Shown piece by piece: positions 58,306 through 64,000 of a stretch of 64,000 nucleotides of DNA. A program made the translations under genes and the position numbers. The notes below the pieces were generated by a model. The model was not told the origin of the DNA and ran no database searches. It saw nothing but the letters and a program-made list of their open reading frames with translations. Source of the DNA: Candidatus Omnitrophota bacterium (GTDB lineage Bacteria > Omnitrophota > Gorgyraeia > Tantalellales > Tantalellaceae); assembly GCA_049642065.1 (NCBI GenBank), contig JBAROK010000002.1:5892-69891 (forward strand). The letters are read 5' to 3'. Numbering within the stretch: the stretch's first letter is position 1; each line of letters begins with the position of its first letter.

Positions 58306-60291
58306 ATGTCCGTTTCAAGAGAATTCTTCGAACAAAGTGGTGCTATGGCCAGAGAGCTCGAGGGGTACAAGGTTAGACCCCAGCAGCTTGAGATGGTGCA
58401 AGCCGTTGAAGAAGCCATAGAAGGGCCGCGTAACCTGATAGTTGAAGCTGGTACAGGGGTGGGTAAAAGCCTCGCGTATCTGGTGCCCTTCATCATGTGG
58501 GCCGTCCGTGAAAATAAAAAAGTAGTCATCTCCACATATACCAAAGCTCTTCAGAACCAGCTATTTGTTAAGGACCTTCCGTTTCTTTGCCGTGTGCTAG
58601 GTATCGAATTTAAATACGTTCTTTGCATGGGGTCAGATAACTATGTATGCCTGAAAAAGGCGCAACGAAACGCCACGCCGGATCTATTTGAAACGAAAAA
58701 GAGAAAGAAACAAGTTGAAAGAATCATCCAATGGCTGGTGGATACGGAAACGGGCCTGCTGACAGATATGGATTTCGTGCCCGATAGGGGAGTCTGGGAT
58801 AAGTTCTCAAGGGAAGCTGATATATGCCTAGGGAAAAAATGTTCTTATAGCGACACATGTTTTTACAGACAGGCGCGCACCAAACAGCAAGAAGCTCATG
58901 TTCTCATCACAAACCATTCACTTCTTTTTACCGATATGATGTCGGACGCCCGGGTACTTCCTGAATTCCATGGTCTTGTTCTGGATGAGGCGCATACGCT
59001 GGAAGATGTTGCTACGGGGCATTTTGGTAAGGACACGAGCAATTACGGGTTAAAATATTTAGTGGAAGGAGTTTCTTCTTTGGTGTCCGGTAAACCTCAA
59101 GCAGAAGCAGGTACGGAGACTAGGGTAAAGGAAGAGATAAAAGAGGTAAAAAAGTGTGTTAAAGAGCTTAAGGAAGCATCTGAAAAGTTCTTTGGGGAGG
59201 CGGAGAAGGTTTTCGGACACGAAGACGGAGTGATAAGTTTCGCAAGAGAACAGTTCTTTCACGAGGATATCAGCAGGCCACTGGTAGCTTTATCATTCTC
59301 GCTTATGGCATTGAGCCGTGACCTTGCAGAACCTGAGGATAAGGAAGAAGCTCATGCGTATGCCGAAAGGTGTAACAGGTCAGCCGAGGCGCTGGATTTT
59401 ATTTTCGCTCATGAAACCGATGATTATGTCTACTGGGTCAATATAAAGAACTGGAAAACTGGAACGAATTATGCTTTTCATGCCGCCCCAATCGATATAA
59501 GCTCGCAAATGCGTGAATTTCTATTTGAAAAGGTCTGTCCGGTCGTTTTAACTTCGGCTACGCTTGTATCTTCTTCCAACGGGTGTTCTGATTTCAGTTT
59601 CATAGAAAGCAGACTGGGGATGGACGATCCCTTGGAGCTTGCGCTAGATTCGCCTTTTGATTACGCAAGTAATGTTCTCATGTATATGCCGCAGAAGATA
59701 GCAGATCCGAACAAGGATTTTGATACTTTCAAACAGCAGGTGATCGAGGATATCGTCAGGATATACGATATTATGGGAGGCAGGATATTTGCGCTTTTTA
59801 CCAGTTATGAGATGCTTAACTGGGCAGCGCAAACCATAGCAAGCCAGAGGGACGATATCAGTATCCTCAAGCAAGGGGACCTGCCACGTTACGTGCTCTT
59901 AGACGTTTTTAAAAAGAACCGTAACTGTATACTCTTGGGTACTACAACGTTCTGGCAGGGGGTAGACGTGCCGGGAAGTTCACTTGAATGCGTTATTATC
60001 ACAAAACTGCCATTTTCTGTTCCCAGCGACCCGATAAATGCCGCCCGGATAAGGTCCATACAGGATAACGGGCAGAATCCTTTCATTGAATACCAGCTTC
60101 CACAGGCGATCATCATGTTCAAGCAGGGGTTTGGTCGCCTTATAAGAGGCCATTCTGACAGGGGAGTCGTTGCTGTTCTTGACCCCCGCGTAAAAACACG
60201 GTTTTACGGGAAAGAGTTCATAAAAGCCCTACCCAGATGCAGACATACCGACAATATGGACCAGATAAGAGATTTCTTCCAAACTCCCTAG
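58306..60291 (+). CDS. dinG: DinG/XPD-like Fe-S DNA helicase (Rad3 family, helicase C2)
   Basis: Walker A AGTGVGKS, DEAH box VLDEAH, and a four-Cys cluster region (CMGSDNYVC...CLGKKCSYSDTC) between motifs I and II. Confidence 0.8.
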   Translation: MSVSREFFEQSGAMARELEGYKVRPQQLEMVQAVEEAIEGPRNLIVEAGTGVGKSLAYLVPFIMWAVRENKKVVISTYTKALQNQLFVKDLPFLCRVLGIEFKYVLCMGSDNYVCLKKAQRNATPDLFETKKRKKQVERIIQWLVDTETGLLTDMDFVPDRGVWDKFSREADICLGKKCSYSDTCFYRQARTKQQEAHVLITNHSLLFTDMMSDARVLPEFHGLVLDEAHTLEDVATGHFGKDTSNYGLKYLVEGVSSLVSGKPQAEAGTETRVKEEIKEVKKCVKELKEASEKFFGEAEKVFGHEDGVISFAREQFFHEDISRPLVALSFSLMALSRDLAEPEDKEEAHAYAERCNRSAEALDFIFAHETDDYVYWVNIKNWKTGTNYAFHAAPIDISSQMREFLFEKVCPVVLTSATLVSSSNGCSDFSFIESRLGMDDPLELALDSPFDYASNVLMYMPQKIADPNKDFDTFKQQVIEDIVRIYDIMGGRIFALFTSYEMLNWAAQTIASQRDDISILKQGDLPRYVLLDVFKKNRNCILLGTTTFWQGVDVPGSSLECVIITKLPFSVPSDPINAARIRSIQDNGQNPFIEYQLPQAIIMFKQGFGRLIRGHSDRGVVAVLDPRVKTRFYGKEFIKALPRCRHTDNMDQIRDFFQTP

Positions 60292-60409
60292 AGCTAAAGT
60301 CCAAAAAATAGCCTACCAAACCTAGGTTGTCATCAGCAAAAAAGAATGCTATTATATATAACTTAAGACATAAGTAATTAGACGGACGTTCAAATCAAGG
60401 AGGTACGCA

Positions 60410-61402
60410 ATGTCCCAGGGTATTACCGCCATAAACGAAAAAGTCGAAAAAGAAAGTGTATTTGTAGAGGAGCTTCTGGCTGAGATAAGGAAAGTGATAG
60501 TCGGGCAGGATTATCTTATCGAACGGCTTCTTGTAGGGCTTCTTGCTAACGGGCATGTGCTTATAGAAGGTGTGCCGGGTCTTGCTAAGACTATGTCGGT
60601 AAGAGTGCTCTCTGCGGCTATCGATACGGGTTTTCAGAGGTTGCAGTTCACACCGGATCTATTGCCCGCTGACCTTATAGGTACGCTGGTCTATAACCCT
60701 AAGGACGGCAACTTCACTACTAAAAAAGGGCCTATCTTCTCGAATATCATACTTGCCGATGAGATCAACAGGGCTCCTGCAAAAGTCCAGAGCGCGCTTC
60801 TTGAAGCTATGCAGGAAAGACAGGTAACCATAGGTCAGAATACCTTCAAGCTGGACGAACCTTTCCTGGTGCTTGCTACACAGAATCCCATCGAGCAGGA
60901 AGGTACGTACCCGTTGCCCGAAGCCCAGGTAGACCGCTTTATGCTCAAGATAAATATAGGCTACCCGAGCAAGGAAGAGGAACATAAGATACTTAAAAGG
61001 ATGGCGGTTACCAACAAGAAACTCGAAGTTAAACCGGTAGTCTCTCCCAAAAAGATAATCGAGGCCAGGAACGTCGTAGACGAAATTTACATGGACGAAA
61101 AGATCGAGAAATACATAGTAGATATCGTGTTCGCTACGCGTAACCCGAAAGATTACGGTCTGGATGACCTGGAAGGTCTTATAGATTACGGGGCGTCCCC
61201 TCGCGCGAGTATCAATCTGGCGCTTACCGCTAAAGCGTATGCTTTTGTGCAGAGGCGCGGATACGTTACACCACAGGATATTAAGTCCATAGGTCCGGAC
61301 GTGCTTCGTCACAGGGTAATCCCCAGTTACGAGGCTGAAGCTCAGGATAAGAACTCGGAAGACATTATAAAAAGAGTGTTTGACGAAGTAGAAGTGCCAT
61401 AA
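60410..61402 (+). CDS. moxR: MoxR-family AAA+ ATPase
   Basis: IVGQDYLIERLLVGLLANGHVLIEGVPGLAKT and NRAPAKVQSALLEAMQE blocks. Confidence 0.85.
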   Translation: MSQGITAINEKVEKESVFVEELLAEIRKVIVGQDYLIERLLVGLLANGHVLIEGVPGLAKTMSVRVLSAAIDTGFQRLQFTPDLLPADLIGTLVYNPKDGNFTTKKGPIFSNIILADEINRAPAKVQSALLEAMQERQVTIGQNTFKLDEPFLVLATQNPIEQEGTYPLPEAQVDRFMLKINIGYPSKEEEHKILKRMAVTNKKLEVKPVVSPKKIIEARNVVDEIYMDEKIEKYIVDIVFATRNPKDYGLDDLEGLIDYGASPRASINLALTAKAYAFVQRRGYVTPQDIKSIGPDVLRHRVIPSYEAEAQDKNSEDIIKRVFDEVEVP

Positions 61403-61404
61403 AT

Positions 61405-62292
61405 ATGATTCCCAAAGATGTAATAAGCAAGATACGAAGGATCCAGATAACGACGACACGGAAAGTGACGGACGTTTTCGCGGGCCAGTACCAGAGCGTC
61501 TTTAAGGGCGTCGGTATGGAGTTTGATGAAGTGCGTCAGTACATGCCGGGAGACGAGATACGGTCGATCGACTGGAACGTTACAGCCCGTATGGGGCATC
61601 CTTACGTTAAGAAGTTCGTGGAGGAAAGAGAACTTACCATCATGATACTTCTGGATGTATCGATGTCCTGCCGGTTCGGAACGGCCGGACGTATAAAAAG
61701 CGAACTTGCGGCGGAGCTGTGTTCCGTTATCGCTTTTTCCGCTATACAGAACAACGATAAAGTGGGGATGCTGACGTTTACCGATCGTGTAGAAAAGTTC
61801 GTTCCTCCGCGTAAAGGTGTCCGGCACGTGTTGCGGGTGGTTCGTGAGGCTATTTATAACACTCCAGAGGGTACAGGGACGGATATCAACAATATACTTG
61901 AGTATCTTAACAGGGTATCTACCAGACGCACAATAACTTTTCTGGTGTCTGACTTTTTTGCTCCGGATTTCAAGAAAACGCTTTCAATAACCAATAAAAG
62001 ACATGATGTCATTGCAGTTACCATAACTGATCCCGCTGAACTGACTCTTCCAAAAGCGGGTATCGTGAAGTTGCATGACGCGGAAACCGGGACCCCTTTT
62101 GAGGTGGATACTTCAAATCCGTCTTTAAGGAAAGCGTATGAAGAACGCTCAGGCGAATTCATGTCAAAACGCACTGAAGTATTCCGTTCAACAGGGGTGG
62201 ATAGTATCGATATTCGCACGAATTTATCTTATGTAGAACCGCTCATAAGGTTCTTCAAAATGAGGGAGAGAAGACTGCGAGGAGGTAGATAA
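61405..62292 (+). CDS. DUF58 protein (VWA-like, MoxR partner)
   Basis: EFDEVRQYMPGDEIRSIDWNVTAR motif characteristic of DUF58. Confidence 0.8.
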   Translation: MIPKDVISKIRRIQITTTRKVTDVFAGQYQSVFKGVGMEFDEVRQYMPGDEIRSIDWNVTARMGHPYVKKFVEERELTIMILLDVSMSCRFGTAGRIKSELAAELCSVIAFSAIQNNDKVGMLTFTDRVEKFVPPRKGVRHVLRVVREAIYNTPEGTGTDINNILEYLNRVSTRRTITFLVSDFFAPDFKKTLSITNKRHDVIAVTITDPAELTLPKAGIVKLHDAETGTPFEVDTSNPSLRKAYEERSGEFMSKRTEVFRSTGVDSIDIRTNLSYVEPLIRFFKMRERRLRGGR

Positions 62293-62293
62293 G

Positions 62294-63235
62294 TTGACTT
62301 TCCTTAAAAAAAGTTTAATAGTTTTGGGTGTGCTGTTTTATGTCGCTTGTGCTGAAGCACAAAACAGGTCAGATATTGTACTGAACATAACTGCAGATGT
62401 AGATAAAGACCAGGTGAATATAGGTGACCGGATCAAGCTCGACGTTAAAGCTGAAGGCGCATCGGGATATGATCTTATTTTTCCGGAAGAGATGAAAGAT
62501 CTTGGTGATTTTTCGCTAAAGAGTTCCAGTCCAATAGAAGAAGGACGCGGGAAAAAAATAGTAGGCCGTGAATACATACTGGGTGTATACAGTACCGGTA
62601 TACATGTTATTCCTCCAGTGGAAGTTATGTACCGGAAAGAGAGCAAGGAAGAGTGGCATGCTGCTAAAAGCCCGCAAGTGCCAATAGACGTGAGGAGCCT
62701 CTTAACGGGCAAAGACACCGATATAAAAGACCTGAAAGGACTGGCCGCTTTCGGGGGAGGATTTCCAAGGGCATTGATCGTTCTGGTTGTACTTATAGCT
62801 ATAGCAGCTGTTATATGGCTGCTATGGAAGAGAAGAGCTGCTATAGTATCCGCTCAATTAGCCGAAGAAAAATCCGCGTATGAGATCGCTCACGAAGAGC
62901 TTAATCACCTTAAAGCTGAGGACCTTCCGGGGCAGGGACGTGTAAAGGAATATTACACACAGCTTGCTGACATAATCAGGCATTATCTGGAGAGAAGATT
63001 CTCATACAGAGCACCTGAGATGACAACAGAAGAGTTTATGGGAGAACTTAAAAAGTCGCCTCTTATGATGGAAGAGCATAAGAGTCTGCTTAAAGATTTC
63101 CTGTCGAGATGTGATATGGTGAAGTTCGCGAAATACGGACCAACACCGTTGGAGATGATAGACAGCTTCAAGTCGGCAGAGCAGATGGTAGAACAGACCC
63201 ATGAAGAAGAACAGCCGGAGGAGGTCGAAGCATGA
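62294..63235 (+). CDS. hypothetical membrane protein of the Bat-like operon
   Basis: Signal peptide, a central TM helix (ALIVLVVLIAIAAVIWLLW), an acidic C-terminus. Same position as the TM 'hypothetical' between DUF58 and BatA in Bat operons. Confidence 0.45.
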   Translation: MTFLKKSLIVLGVLFYVACAEAQNRSDIVLNITADVDKDQVNIGDRIKLDVKAEGASGYDLIFPEEMKDLGDFSLKSSSPIEEGRGKKIVGREYILGVYSTGIHVIPPVEVMYRKESKEEWHAAKSPQVPIDVRSLLTGKDTDIKDLKGLAAFGGGFPRALIVLVVLIAIAAVIWLLWKRRAAIVSAQLAEEKSAYEIAHEELNHLKAEDLPGQGRVKEYYTQLADIIRHYLERRFSYRAPEMTTEEFMGELKKSPLMMEEHKSLLKDFLSRCDMVKFAKYGPTPLEMIDSFKSAEQMVEQTHEEEQPEEVEA

Positions 63236-64000
63236 TCTATCTGGCTAATCCATGGGCTTTAGTGCTATGCCTAGTGATCCCTCCCGCAGTGTACCTTTTC
63301 GGTAAACTCAGGAAACGAACTCAGAGTTCACTGCGGTTTTCTAATCAGGAACTTCTTAAGGGATTTAAACCGTCCTTAAGGGGAAGGTTAAGTCACGGTT
63401 TAGTTTACATGCGTGCCGCATGCCTTTTTTTGCTTGTTCTGGCTTTAGCCAGGCCGCAGTCGGCCATTGAAGAGACCAGGATATATATCGAAGGCATCGA
63501 TATAGTGCTTGCCGTTGATGTATCAAGCAGTATGCGTGCCATGGACTTTGAGATAGGGGGAAAAAGGGCAGACCGTCTTGAAGTAGTAAAAAAAGTAGTG
63601 CAGGATTTTGTTCAGAAAAGGCCTAACGATAAGATAGGTCTTGTTGCTTTTTCCGGGCACGCGTATACCGTATGTCCTCTTACTCTTGACCATGATTGGC
63701 TTGAGAAGAATTTGGAGAGGGTCAAGATAGGTATGATAGAGGACGGTACCGCGATAGGATCGGCGATAGCTGCTGCACTCAACAGGTTAAAGAATACCGG
63801 TACTAAAGAAAAGATTATAATCCTGCTTACTGACGGCAGGAACAATGCGGGCAGGGTATCACCGATGGTTGCTGCTGAAGCTGCAAAAGCTTTAGGGGTA
63901 AGGATATATACGATAGGGGCGGGCACGAAAGGGTTGGCACCGTATCCCGTGAAAGATATGTTCGGCAATATCGTGTTAAGGCCGATCGAGATAGAGATAG
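63232..64000 (+). CDS. batA: BatA-like VWA-domain membrane protein (partial, continues past window end)
   Basis: Two N-terminal TM helices then VWA domain (IVLAVDVSSSM...IILLTDGRNN). No stop codon reached, so absent from the ORF track. Confidence 0.7.
   Translation, partial: MIYLANPWALVLCLVIPPAVYLFGKLRKRTQSSLRFSNQELLKGFKPSLRGRLSHGLVYMRAACLFLLVLALARPQSAIEETRIYIEGIDIVLAVDVSSSMRAMDFEIGGKRADRLEVVKKVVQDFVQKRPNDKIGLVAFSGHAYTVCPLTLDHDWLEKNLERVKIGMIEDGTAIGSAIAAALNRLKNTGTKEKIIILLTDGRNNAGRVSPMVAAEAAKALGVRIYTIGAGTKGLAPYPVKDMFGNIVLRPIEIEI

Noticed and set aside
60659-61827. Minus-strand ORFs 266 aa and 161 aa over moxR/DUF58
   Set aside because: Antisense to conserved + strand genes. Spurious.
1-64000. 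CRISPR arrays, transposases, integrases, prophage or other mobile elements, especially next to the seven tRNA genes
   Set aside because: No direct-repeat/spacer arrays and no integrase, transposase or recombinase-like ORFs were seen. The tRNA-flanked segments contain ordinary metabolic genes.

Overview
This 64 kb window reads as a gene-dense bacterial chromosome segment with GC of roughly 45% by eye. It holds about 60 protein-coding genes, almost all on the + strand; only an AsmA-like gene, comF and three tRNAs are on the - strand. There are seven tRNA genes in three clusters. I found no transposase, integrase or CRISPR array.

Housekeeping content:
- arsB/NhaD-type permease, DEAD-box helicase, msrAB, murI, two-subunit class-I fumarase, rph-rdgB and glutamine-dependent nadE.
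- A nitrogen-type PTS module (IIA-Ntr, YvcK, HPr, EI) with a GH57 enzyme inserted between YvcK and HPr.
- metK-ahcY, pfkA, lptF/lptG, pgi, a LonC-like protease, clpB, a DnaJ-like gene followed by an ArsR regulator, dusB, maf and a DinG/XPD helicase.

Regions that look non-standard:
1. A tightly packed operon at 10306-18280. It encodes an N-terminally extended SplB-like radical SAM protein, a nitroreductase/SagB-type protein, a QEGLA/DUF1704 protein, two large ATP-grasp ligases and CstA. It is bracketed by tRNAs and is the best candidate here for an undescribed peptide or amino-acid ligation-and-trimming system.
2. PilZ - ExbB - ExbD - large TPR protein - a protein with a TonB-like SxxxH membrane anchor whose C-terminus is a VWA domain instead of a TonB domain (50961-56655).
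3. A MoxR-DUF58-TM-BatA aerotolerance-like operon at the 3' end (60410-64000).
4. A Lon-like protease whose Walker A motif lacks the lysine.

All calls rest on motif recognition by eye. No database searches were run.
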